A program made the position numbers and the translations under genes. The notes beneath the pieces are model-generated. The model ran no database searches, was not told the DNA's origin, and saw only the letters and a list, made by a program, of their open reading frames with translations. From Auanema rhodensis (lineage: Eukaryota > Animalia > Nematoda), in NCBI GenBank assembly GCA_964057225.1, contig OZ059895.1:19096001-19160000 (forward strand): DNA of 64,000 nt. Reading direction: 5' to 3'. Every line of letters begins with the position of its first letter. The stretch's first letter is position 1. Positions 14,150 to 27,031 of the stretch are shown one piece after another.

Positions 14150-14962
14150 CTCTCCCATGTATCTTATATGGAAGCACTGTTATTGGTCTTCTAAGACATA
14201 CTGAAGTTATCGTTGACCAAATCAACTTTTGAAATAGAAGCTCGTATTCATTTTCTTTCTGAAAAAGAACAACGAGAAGTTTGTTTTTTGTCTTTACTTA
14301 TGACACAAGTAAACGAGTTAATTTAGGGAAAAATTGGAATGGTTGCTCCCTCTTGTTGCTTGGAATATCGGCCAACAATTTATTTTTGGCTTATTATTTT
14401 CTTCATAGTATTTCCTTGCTTATATATAACTGGAAGGGTAACTTTTTATATATCTTGATCTAGTTTCGTTATTCAAATATTTTAGGTTATCACATGTGTT
14501 ATTGGTATTATTCTTCGTATTATATGCACTATTGTTACGTTTCTGTTTTGGGAACCAGAGGAAGGTGACGATACGAAGTTGTTGAAGCATCATGAAAATG
14601 AAAAGGCCCGACAAGCTCGTAAATTGGAAAGGAGATTAGAAAAAAATAATTTGAATGTCGTAACGAAGCAAATTAAGGTAGATTACTAGCCCTTTCTATC
14701 TGTTATTTTCTATTTTCAAGGCTTCTTCAACACAAACTGATAATTCCATAAGTTTTCAAATGAATTTCACGAAGAAAACTCAACCGTCAGATAATAGCGA
14801 TTCGTTGATATCAGATGATGAGGTAATTAAAATTTGTTTTTACATCTTGAAGTTTTTTTCTTTGTATTACAGATCTCTCAAACTACCACTGGAACTAATG
14901 CTCCTGAAATCTATAACGCTACTATACTACCTCACCACACAAAAAGCCGAAAAATTATATGA
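14150..14962 (+). CDS. Putative small multi-exon membrane protein of unknown function; 5' part unresolved
   Basis: In-phase exons with canonical splice sites: VITCVIGIILRIICTIVTFLFWEPEEGDDTKLL...TKQIK | ASSTQTDNS...ISDDE | ISQTTTG...RKII*. Upstream hydrophobic exons are ambiguous in frame. Confidence 0.45.
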
Positions 14963-15706
14963 AAGCGTGAAAACCGAAACTTCTCTGAATTAAAAACCAA
15001 TGTTTGACGAAAAAGTTGAAAATCTCATTCGTTTTTTGCAATTTCTCTTTTAAAGTTCTTCTAATCTCAACAAATATTATGTTGTAAATACGGGTCTGTT
15101 GCTTTGTGTAGATAGATCTCGTTCAAGTTTTCCTACTTTCTAATGTTTAGAGTTTGTAAAGCTTTATCTGTTTTTCTTAACCAACTGTTTGTTTTAGTTC
15201 TATCGGATAGAACTGTATGTAAAGGATTTGATTAAAAAAGCTCTCGAGAAATATTCCATGTAAGTGATTGTGCTCGGTTGTGTATTGATCCCAGCAATAT
15301 GTTGATATATTATTTAACCTTTATCAAAGAATTTCAATGAAAACAAAGTTTTTTTTCAAAAAATTTTCGTTATTAATTAAGAAGAGATCATAACAGAAGG
15401 ACTAGATTTGTTAGACTAAAATGAAAAGATATCGTATTGACACATCATTTGAAATCAGTAAATTTCTTAAATTGGCGTACACATTCAATTTTTTTCTCCA
15501 AACTACTCTATAAAGGTTTGAACTTATACTGATTTTGATTTCAATAAAAGTAAATGAGTCATCAAGTAATGCTTTTGGAGAATTTTTGGTTAACAAAGAT
15601 GTGTTTGGAATGAGCGAAAATTAAAACACCCGTTATCACAAAGAACTTGGTAGATAAAGTTAAGGAGAAGTTAAAATAACAAGAAATGGCTTATGTGAAG
15701 TTTGTT

Positions 15707-16103
15707 TCACGAATTGCTTCCAGAAAATAGTTTTTGCCTGTCTGATGTTGGACCAAATATATCATCATCTGAATCTGAATCAATAGCTAGTCCAGTTTGT
15801 AGTTCACTTGTAGATACGATGTCGTACTTTCGAATACGTGATCGTGAGGAATGTGTTTTTCTAAATAAAAATAAAATTGTTATATATAATTATTTTCAAT
15901 CAATACACAAATATCAGCTTTAAAACGTACCGATAACATTGGACGCCACAATATAAACCGATGAGTACCAGTAGACCGACAAAGACCACAATTGCACGAA
16001 TCCAAGCATTTTCATCCATATCAAAAGAATTAGACATTGAATGAGAAGTAGATGTTACTACTAATGTATCTTCATTTGCAGTTTGTAATTCAGTTTCGAG
16101 CAT
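15707..16103 (-). CDS. FAM174-like single-pass membrane protein
   Basis: TM helix WIRAIVVFVGLLVLIGLYCGVQCYR, then after an intron KTHSSRSRIRKYDIVSTSELQTGLAIDSDSDDDIFG. This basic-RKY plus acidic-DIF tail layout recalls FAM174. An acceptor (CTTAG) sits 1 nt before the ATG, so this is either trans-spliced or has an unfound upstream exon. Confidence 0.65.
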
Positions 16104-16245
16104 ACTAAGAGTTCAGTAAATAAGATTCATGTTTGTTACGAAAAATATCAAGAAAATAATAAACAATATTTAAAAAAATATATATATATGCTATAAATCA
16201 AAAAATATTCAATATATAATTCAATATTTCCAAAAAAAATTTAAT

Positions 16246-17570
16246 TCAGTTTTCATTATTTGGCTGGATTGTGAATAAATAGAAGAGCTGGCAGCCGGTT
16301 TTCCTCAGCTTTGGCTCGCTTCTCATTCTCCTCATATTGATTTACGAGGTCGTTAGTTGATGTAAGCACAAACTGGTAGCTTGAGGGCATGAAATTTGCA
16401 ACAGGGCATGAAATACAACATACTCTATATGGAAATTATTATTTTCAGGATAAATAAACCATTTAATTATTTCAAAGTATGAAAGTGAATATGAATGAAA
16501 GAAATAATACTATAAACATGTTGAATAACACGATGTCTAGTAAGATGCATGTTTGGTATCCTAATGTGTAAGCTGAGAGTAGGCAGACAAGTTTCAGCAA
16601 CCTGAATGTTTATCGACAACTAATCAAAAAAATATGTCAACATTACAAACATCATATAGGTTAATTGAATATAGTTTTAATTAAAATTTTCAATGATAAA
16701 ATGATGTCTTTATTATCTTTACATTGTTAGCGTTGTATACATATACACACAAAGAAAATTGTAGACTTATAAAAGATAAAGAATGCTATTTCCCAAAAAT
16801 ACACATTTCCTAACAAATAAACATGTGAGCTATATTTACTTCATAGCTTTTCAAATAAAATCTTTTATTTGACAAAGCTTTTTTTTTAAAGAAAATTGAT
16901 GTGTATATCACATAATAAAATCTTTATTATAATATCTTTATTGGCAAAAATAATTTACAGTTTGTTTTCTGTAGATGGTTTATTTCCAATATAATCTGTT
17001 TCATTAATTATATGACAAACTCGTTCCCGTTATTGCTAGATGATATCATTGGTCGGAACCAATTTTTCTGTGAGCTAAGCTAGCTCGGAATTATCACCCG
17101 AAAGAGAAGATAATATAACACAGAAAGAAAAATTAGTGAAAAACGATGCACCAGATTAGAGCTGCATAGATATATCCAACACAGAAACAGTCACCTGAAC
17201 TAACAAGTCAAGAATAAAGATTTTTCTATTTTCGAAAAAGAGAATATAAGGTGTTTGCTTACATATACAAGTCAAGAAAAGGAAAATTCACTCTTTCAAT
17301 GAAAATATAGGCATATCGAAGGTTTTTGTTAATCGGAATATTATAAAAATTTCTGTTGAGGACTAATGAAGGTCTCAGTTGGACGTCTACTTTACATCTC
17401 AGATTGAATAATATTAGAATTCTGAAATAAAGCATGTTCCGATAAATAATCGACGACACAACAAGGTTTTTACAAATCGTTAAGGAAAATAATAATAATA
17501 ACATGTCTATTTTTGTCATTGTAGTTTTCAGTGCCATATACTTGCTAATGGAGCTCAAGACCGAAGACAT
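16246..17570 (-). CDS. Putative multi-exon hydrophobic protein, unknown function
   Basis: Exon-like GC-richer blocks with acceptors: MSSVLSSISKYMALKTTMTKIDMLLLLFSLTI..., LLKLVCLLSAYTLGYQTCILLDI..., and last exon VCCISCPVANFMPSSYQFVLTSTNDLVNQYEENEKRAKAEENRLPALLLFTIQPNNEN*. The internal exon chain is not fully resolved. Confidence 0.35.
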
Positions 17571-20500
17571 TATTTCTAGAAAAGTGTGTAGTGTATTTTC
17601 TGGAGTACACATTGATCACAATTGAGTAACAATCAATATTTTATATCCAAAAGTATATGATGAATATTGCTAACATGAATAAAAAACTCTCGATTGTTCA
17701 TTGTCGATACCAATAAGGATCACAGTCGTTTTGTGAAGCTGCATCAAATTCTTTTATTTTACTTTTATTGATTAATCGATTTTATATTTTTAAATTATTT
17801 ATATTTCGATATTATTTTCTTAAGTTTAAGTTGACATATATTAAATTGTTTAATATATAGAAAAAAGCTTATATGATATGAAATATATTTTCGCTTATCT
17901 GAAAAAGAAACGATACCACCTATACATATATACATACATTTCTCAATGTGGCGGCTATCTCAATCATAAATTCATTTGATAAGATCCTCATTTTTGACGT
18001 TTTATGAATAGTAGCATATATTTCATTAATCTTTTTAGTTTTTAATTTTCGTTTTGATTTCGCTATTCACGTAAGTTCTGGTCTCCATAAACTAGTATGA
18101 CCTTCACTTCCTACTTTCCCAGTGTTGAAGTGTTGACCAAAAAGGGATGAACCGAGCGATAGAGGTGAAGAGTGAAAGAAAACACTATATAGCATACGTA
18201 ATAGAGTGTGTATTAGAGAAAAAAACGTTAATAGGCATTGGTAAAATAAGAGATGAAATAGACGATTTGGCAAAGTTTAGATATGTAATACTAAAAAGTA
18301 AGATAAAGAAAGATTCGAAACGGAATCAGAAGGAAGGAGAGAGTGATGAAGATAGAGAGAGAAAGAGATCGAGAGAAGGAGAGAGATTCAAACTTTTAAG
18401 AAAATCGAGATGGCGAGTAGGACAATGAGTAAGACAATGAAGGAAGAATGATTGGCGTAACTCTAATACGAGGTTGTGATGAGGTAAACGAAGGATAAGA
18501 AAATCCAGCGCGAATCAACAACAGCCTAAAGTTTCCTCCTAATTTCCTCTTTTGTAATATTACAATATTATCTTCATCTTCTTTTCTTACTTATTATCCT
18601 TATTACAACTTTAACTCGCAATTTTCCAGTCATTTCAACATTTCTGCAAAGCGTTCTACCTAGAGAAATAGGTGTTCTAAACAAATTTTGAAATAGAATT
18701 GACCATAACTCATCTATTGCCTTATTGTCTTTGGTATATTTCTATAAGAATGTTCTTTTCTTTATGTGCTTGAATTTTATTTTATTCATTGCTAGCTTAG
18801 GTTAATTAATTAGGCTTTGAAGTTCTTTCGACGAATGCTATACATTCTGTATATTTTCAATTTTTTTAAAAGATTAAGATGCTAGATATGATGTCGACGA
18901 CTGTCTGTCGATTCGCACACATGTTGTACATTTATTGTTTCGTGTTTTTTTGGAAAAGATGTCGGTTTTTTCTGAACTTTTATTATAACAATTGCTAGCC
19001 TTTAGTATGAAACTTGTAAAATATGTATACATTATATAGTAAATAGTAGTTATGGTAGATGCATCTTTTTCAATTTTATTTTATTTCCTATCTTCCAGCT
19101 TAATACAATGACTGACTTGTTACAGTGATTACCAATATCATCCCTCTTTCACTATATATAAACTTTTATTTTATTCTTTACTATGCTTCATTCAGATTGT
19201 ATATTTCAAGTTTATCGCGACAGCATAATACTTTATGAGAAAACTAGAGAGCAACTTTTTTTTTAATCGAAATATTGATCTAGTTGCAATTCTTTTTGAA
19301 TTCATTGTTTTTATCTATTAAAATCCTGTCTTTATATAATATATCTCTATATACGAACTAGAAAAAACATGCTTGTCTTTAACTATATATGTATAATAAT
19401 AACAGCAATATTTATAATAATAAGAACTGTTTGTATTATATATATCAGTCACAGTTTCTATATCTCAGAGGAGTCACTTTAAGTCTTCTACCTTTTTATT
19501 CCAAATTTGCATAAAATTGCTTCAACTTGTCACATTGAACTTACTACAACATGTGCATGATGTCGTACATGGGAACTATGGTATAGAAAAATATTTTTTT
19601 CGCTTACAACTAGTTTTAGACAGGCTGAAACACATGAATTTTTTTGCTGTTTCTGCCCCCCCCCACCCCATCTTTAAGACCTCGTGAAATAACACAAAGG
19701 GATTCCGAGCGATCCACTTCTCCTTCATCATCGTCATCATTGTCGTCGTCTTCTTAGCAGAGATTCGCTTTCTATTTTTCGGTTTTATTTCTCTTCATCA
19801 AACCTCATTCTACTTGTTGGCTTATTAGATCAAATCAATCGAAAAATGGATGTAAACGAAAAGCATCGCCAAAAAGCGTTATCATCTTCGATACTTAAAA
19901 CATTTAAAACATGTGTGCAGCGATTAATGGTTTATTGAACCAGCATCTCTAACTTAATCCTAAAAGTTCATCTTGAAAATATTTGAGAAGCTGGCTTTTT
20001 CCGTCTGTTATTTCTGATCTGTTGCGTGTTTGTGCGTCTATCGGTTTATTCTTAAGTCGCAAACTTTCAATGGCAAAGTTGAACAGGTTGTAACTAAACA
20101 TGTCTGACTCATGAATCCTTGAAAACTATCAGAATATTAAAATACAACCGTCTTCTATTTTAGAAAAAAAAATAGTATTATTTTTGAATGAAACTAATTT
20201 CTTCGTTATCTCTTCGCAAGCCTATCCTCTTTTATCTCTCTATCCTTCTACCTGTTTCTCATTGTCTTATTCAGTCTTCCTCATTTTAAAATATTTCCTA
20301 TTCAAGCCATTATGTTGTTCGAATAACCAAAGGAATGGAACTGATTGCCAGTTTGAAATAGAAAGCAAATGAATATTTGAGAGAATTTAGAGAAAAGGAG
20401 ATAAAGAGAAAGATGAAGTTCTGCTAATATTCAAAATCATTTTATCTCTATTATTTCTTTCTTTTTGGAATATTTGGATATAAATTGAGCGGCTAGAAGA

Positions 20501-20604
20501 TGGATAGAGAAGAAGAAGGCATTAACAATTTATTTCTGTTCTCTGTATCAATTCCAATCAGGTCAAATTTTTCTTCCTTTCTCCGTCTTCACTTCATACC
20601 TACT

Positions 20605-20626
20605 CTCTCTTTCTCTTTCCTCTCTC

Positions 20627-20657
<31 letters not shown>

Positions 20658-20673
20658 CTCTCTTTCTCTCTCT
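20605..20673. repeat. Imperfect (CT)n microsatellite
   Basis: CT tract with interruptions, directly visible. Confidence 0.9.
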
Positions 20674-23600
20674 CGCTTCCTCATATTCCTTCTCTGCCTA
20701 CCTTCTCCTCGACATCACGTGTTCTTTGCCTTGGCTATCTTCCACACCTCCTTTCTTCCCCCCCCCTATTCTATCTTTTCCATTTACCTCTTCCTCCCAC
20801 TATGCATCTCTTTACCAAAACCAAATTTCATTTATCTGTGATGAATCCAGCTGTGAAGAAAAACGGTTGTCTGTTTTCATCCAGCTGACAGTTCTCTATT
20901 TCTATATATACATGTATCTCTCTCTCTCTCAGTGCATTCAACAGAATCTGTCCGTTTTTTCCTTTGTCACACAATCATTTTTTTTGATTTCTCTTTCATC
21001 ATATCTTAATACAATTCAACTTCATATTATCCATTCGGACCCATTTTTTTCATTCATTTCATTCTATTTCCAGTTTTACTCAAATTCCCCTTTAGCTATT
21101 TCCCATATTTTTCCGAATTATTTATTTTTCTTTTTTTTTTTGCTAATGGCACAATTTCTTGCAAGATAATACTATAACATCATGAAACTCGTCCTTCACT
21201 GTAAGAGTTAAGATACAAATCGTACTTCTAACTTTTACATAACTTCTTTTCATATCATACCTTCATTAAGTCTTTCTTCAATAATTGAATTAAAGAACAT
21301 TAGTTTTATCTCCTTCTTGTTCATAGACGCCAATCTCGTTAGACTGTTCAACGTATAAATGTATATCATGATCATGATCACCACATCTGAGTTAATATCC
21401 CATTGTTCAGCCATTCACATGCTTCATTTCACATTATATTTTTGGTTTTTTTTGTCTTTTTTTCCTCATAAATATTGACGAATCTATCTTATCCTATTCT
21501 GACAGTTCATATCCACTAACAATCTACAATGCTAATGTGTCAATACCTACGGTTATTAAATAGCATGAAGATGCTGTATACGTGACCTATATAACATAAT
21601 AACTCCTATGAGGCTTTTCCTCATCTTGAACCATTTATTCCATAAACTGAGTTTGTACATCTATTCAAAAATACTATGAAAACAGTTGAGTTTCTATGAA
21701 TGTTTCCATTTGATTTGATTTATTTATTTTCTTTACTATACACTATACCATATAAATAAGCTTTTTGTCCGTTTCTTGTTGAAGTATTCAAACGATTCAT
21801 GTATCCACCATACCATCGTCATCAACTATAGATGACAAGAGTATGTACATACACAGTGTACAATTTGTTTTCCATCAAAATCCATAAGATGTCTTATATA
21901 TACTTTATAAATTTTTCACATTGTCTATTTATTATTCAATCTTTCCACATTTTTATGTGTCAAATTTTTTTTATTTATCATTGTTTTTTTTTATTTTTCT
22001 TTCTAAACGCCCTCACATCCCATCATTTTCTTCCTATTTTTCATTCTACTTTTCTCCAATGAGCATATTACATCAGAAATCATTATTTTCTCGTATTATG
22101 ACATACCTTGCCCTCCTTATCAACATTCTCATTCCACAGCAGACTACCTCACTTACATGCTTAGTAACAAGAACAAAAGGTACTACAAAACTAGCTGTTC
22201 CTCATAGGATAGATAGATAGAGAGAGACAGAGAAAGACAGAAAGAGAGAGCAAAGGAGAAAACCTCAAACAATTGCTGAGCAAAACGATTTGCAAACATT
22301 TTCAAACATTTTGATTGACGACAACGACGAATAGGTTTAACCAAATAAGGCAAATGATATTGATGACACATAAATGAAAACGACAATGTTGTATATGTTA
22401 ACTCTTAATGATTCATTCTCTTCAATGATCCATTTGATTTTCACTTTTTTGCGTCTCTTGGTTTCTAATATCTGATTGTAATAACGTTTAAATCCCTCTT
22501 CCTATCTTCTTTTCCTCTGATGGTCTGTCTTTTTCATGTTCATACTGTCACCATTACATTCTGTACTATCTCTTTTCATTCTTATTTTGTCATCCTCCTT
22601 CCTTCTCCCTTCCTCTCCTCTTTTCTCCTCTTTTCTCCTCTGCTGCTCCCTCCTCCATCTACTTATTTCGCTTCTATATTCGACTCTAAATCTGAATATT
22701 CTATTTAAGATTTTTATTATTTTTTCACTGTTTGCATTTTTCTTAGGTGTCTACTGTTCTTTTCCATTTTGGGATCCCCTTCAACGCACTAGTCCTTGTT
22801 ATGCTCTTCACGCCTCTCATATTGTACACGTGAAAAAACCCACGTGTCTCATCAAATACTTGTATATATTCATTTTAAACATAAAAAACTAAAAGAACGG
22901 TCTGCATTAAAACACAATTATTCCCATTTTTGTATATAAAAGGATCTTTTCTCGTCGGTGATATATTACTTATGTTTCTACGGTGTCGTGTTTTATCTGA
23001 ACTTCCTTGAACTTTTCAAGTATTTTCCCTTTCATATAACTGTATATCAAATCTTTATTTTCAATTTTACTTCCTGTCATCTCATCTGCCAATTCAATCA
23101 TTGCCAATAATTCCTTTTGCCTCTTATCACACACATATATTCTTATATTGATTTTTAATTTATTTGATTAAAGACATAACTTCAACACTTTTTTTTCTGC
23201 TTCCATATTGTTTTTCTTCATTTTCTTCTGTACATCACTTCAATTTATGTGTCGTTTTTGTTTTTTAAATGCTTCAATTATTCCCATTTAGTCTGCTTTG
23301 CCTACTCTCGTTTAAGCTTTCAAGTTTATTCGCATCAACATCTTTCAATTTCTTCCCTTCATTTCATCATAAACATAACTTTATATATTTCTCTAATTAG
23401 AAAACTTCATTTTTTGAATTTTGTGTAATTATTAGTTATAATTAACGTTATGATTCTTATTTAATTATATGTTATCATAAACTTTACATATAAAACCTAT
23501 CTTATCAATTAGTCATGTTGATCTAGAATATGATAATTCTATGTTCTGCATTTATTTCATTTTCCCTCTACAATTAATTTCAATTTATATTATTTCTAAT

Positions 23601-24490
23601 ATTAATAGCTTAACTATGATTATCAAAATTATTTTTTAAAAATTTTGTATAACATTTGATGTTAGCTGAAATCCAACAAAATTTAAACCTTTTTTATTTA
23701 ATCAAAAAAAAAACGTAATTAGATAATTGGCAGTGAAGTAAAACTAAAAAACCTTGCAAGAGGTCAACTTTAAGGACGTGAAGGATTATTGGCCTAACCC
23801 TTAGGTCATCCTAATCCATCTTCAAAAGGATTTTTCCTCAGAATTACAGCGTCGCCTCTCTATAAAATATAATTTAGACAAGTTGTTCATCAACTGCACT
23901 TCATATATCTATATATAACTTTAAAAAATTAAATTATTTAAATAAACGATTATACGATTTGTAATGCATACGTTTAGGCTGTTACGAACCAAAAAAGCTT
24001 TTATAGCTTGATAACCTTTAGTATGCGTAAAAATGCAATATTGAGAGAGACTGAGAAAGAAAAAGAGTCTATGGGGGGAGGGGGAGGGTGGGAGGTTTCA
24101 TCTTGTATAAGTTGATGAGCAAACATCCGCTTTTGGCTCGGAATTCTTTTCTTTGGGCTATCACAACCGTCTCAGTTAGCTTATAAATTTATCATTTATT
24201 TATATTAATTATAACAATTTTATACATCATAAAAACAATTTCTTTGTTTTTCGTAATGAAAGGTTTTGACTCACTTCTCCTCCCAACCATCCCTCCTCCA
24301 TTTTCTCTCGCTTTGTTTCTTTGGTCATTGTTTTATTCTTGTCTCATTACTTACATTACTTAACTTTCTCATCAAAGCTACTGATTTCAAAATGTAATTT
24401 CAAGACAAGTTGTTTGCTGTTCAATTTTTCTTTTTTTCATTTGTCTCATTTCCGTAATAGTTTCCAAACAATCATTCATTTCTTACAGAT

Positions 24491-27031
24491 ATGAGCGAAT
24501 TTAATTCGACAGTTTTTCTCAAAGAGTTGGATTCTTTTGGTCAGCCACCGCCACCACAAAAAATTGTTGGAAAAACATCATCTGCATCCACTATCTCTGA
24601 AAAACTTGACCAAATAAATAGGGAACGTCAAGGAGTAAGGATTTTATCATTTTTGAAATATAATTTGAATGCTTAGAAAAACATTTTTTTGAAAAATTGT
24701 TTCAGAAATTTTATATAATACCAGCTAATAATGGAATGGTCAAGTTGGGTAGTACTGTAACTGAGGAAAAAAAGAAAATTAAAGCTGAAGAAGCTAATAA
24801 ATGGCGAAGTGATGTATGTTTATTAACATAATTAAAATTTTGAAAGTTTAGTTTTTCAATATTATTTTCTCATTTTAGGTTCTAAAGGAATGTCGTCCTC
24901 GTGTTTCCTCTCATCCTGTTGACTCTGTTAGTCCTCGAGAACAAATACGGCCGATGGACAAAAAGAGCAGCCTAACTTCACGGTTTTATGATGATGATGA
25001 TGATTATTCGTCGGTAAATTTATAAAATCTCACATTAAATCTTTGAATTACTTTGCTTATGCATACATTAAGATGAAAATGTTTATTCTAGACTGAAAAC
25101 TCTCAACAGTTGCGAGTTAAAACTGTACCTCATCATGAAAGGCGTTCATCTGACTATTCTTCTGCTTCATCGACCAGTCAAAAAAGTCCTAGTCCACCAA
25201 GCCAATCATCGTATGGTTTTGCTTTTTAGTCAACTATTATCAAAAAATATTTATTAAATATCTTAAAAACTAATTATTCTAGATACTCTGATTATGCATC
25301 ATTATACAAATCGCAAACGGCTTCACCAATAACTATTTCGCCCACGGCTACAGATTATTCTGGACACTCTAATTTGAGCAGTTTCAATACAGCTTTTCGC
25401 AATTCTGGACAAGTCCCAGTTGTTGTAGCTGATACCCGAGCTAGATTCTCACCAGTAAGCCACATTTGTACCAATTTTCAATCCGATTGTCTTTTAGGTA
25501 CAACGCTCAGATAAAGTTTCTCCTACTCCAGCATACAATCCACCAAGTTTCTCATCCAAATATGGCACCAGCTTGACTCAACAGATGCGACTTACTGATA
25601 ATGCAAAGCCACCAGGACTTGCACCACAGATTAGGTAAATTATATGATTTTCATATTCATGTTACTAGATATACATTACATGTTTTAAATATTTTTATTT
25701 ATTTTAAGACCAGTTGGAAATACACAATCTACACAGAAATGGAAAGATATGAGTGCACAAATAGAAAGTGATGATCGTCGATTAGAGCTTTTGACACAAC
25801 AATTGAAAGAAGATTTAGTTACGGAACATCGTCATATCGTTGGTAAGTTCATTGAAAGATTTAAGTTAGTTATATGCAATCCAAATTATTATTTCAGGAC
25901 CTTGCAATCATTGTAATAAGAATATCAAGACCTCTGAATGTTATACCTCTGTTTCGGAAAAATTATATCATAATCATTGCTTTGTATGTGATGTATGTGG
26001 AAAGGAACTTAAGTATGTTGAATTAATAACTTTTTAATATTTTATTAACCATATCGTATAAAATATTTTTATATAATTAATTAAAAGATGTACTAATTAT
26101 TTTTTTTTTTGCAGCGAACAATTCTATTTCCAAAATAATCGTTTGTTCTGTAAACAGGACTATTTTACTGATCAAATGGTAGCTAAGAAGGAAACTTATT
26201 GCTTTAAGTGTCGTCTTCCCATATCTGAAATGGTATAAGTTTTATATTTTCAGTTATTTCTTACCTTTGTGTTCATGTTCTTAGATTCTGACTGCTCTTG
26301 ATCGTAACTATCATCCAGCATGCTTCAGCTGTACCGACTGCGGAAAATGCCTGGATGGAATTAAGTTTTCAATTGATAAGAATAATCAGGTAGATATTAC
26401 TTTCTTACTCGAAAACGCAGAATTCGAGAAAGTTGTCATGTAATAAAATTTTTCAGCCTTTCTGTCTTCCCGACTTTCATAACAGATTTGCTCCACGTTG
26501 CACAAGCTGCTCACTTCCAATTACACCACAAGCGGTTAGTATTAGATTCAAATGAAAATTGCTTTTACCATCGAGAATATTTTTCTTTTTTTATGTTTTT
26601 ATTCTTCAGGATACATTGGAAACAGTTCGTATTGTTGCTTTGGATAATAGCTATCATATTGAATGTTATTGTTGTGAAGTAAGTTCAATGTTTGAGTTAT
26701 ATATTTATAAAAAACTTGTGAAGTAAATACACCTACGTAAATCAAAATTTATATCCTTCACATACCCCGTGACTGACCATTTTGAAATAACTATTTGAGA
26801 AATCATTTTATTCCTATAGTTTTCATTGGTGCGGTTGGTTCTCAAGCTGTGTACATATAATCAAAACATTTCGTTATAATTCATTATTTCACATTTTTTT
26901 AGGGTTGTGGTATCTCATTAGCTGAAGGAGAAGAAGCTAGATGCTATCCTTTAGATAAGCATCTGCTCTGTCAAAAATGCCATATCAGTTGGGCTCGTTC
27001 ACGCAGCCAAGCTGCATCAACTGATTTATGA
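24491..27031 (+). CDS. Zyxin-superfamily 3xLIM adaptor, Ajuba/LIMD1/WTIP-like
   Basis: Ser/Pro-rich N-terminal half, then three LIM domains: CNHC...YHNHCFVCDVC...FCKQD; CFKC...EMILTALDRNYHPACFSCTDCGKCLDG...FCLPDFH; APRCTSC...ETVRIVALDNSYHIECYCCEGC...RCYPLDKHLLCQKCH. Ends AASTDL*. Confidence 0.88.

Noticed and set aside
18147-18428. 93-aa K/R/E-rich ORF
   Set aside because: Purine-rich low-complexity intergenic DNA; no recognisable domain or splice pattern.
20500-21169. ORF-track ORFs of 113 and 147 aa (F/S/L-rich)
   Set aside because: They arise from pyrimidine-rich and (CT)n tracts that lack stops; no exon structure or protein-like sequence.
22827-22846. Two nearby CACGTG E-boxes
   Set aside because: Hexamers alone are insufficient evidence without conservation data.
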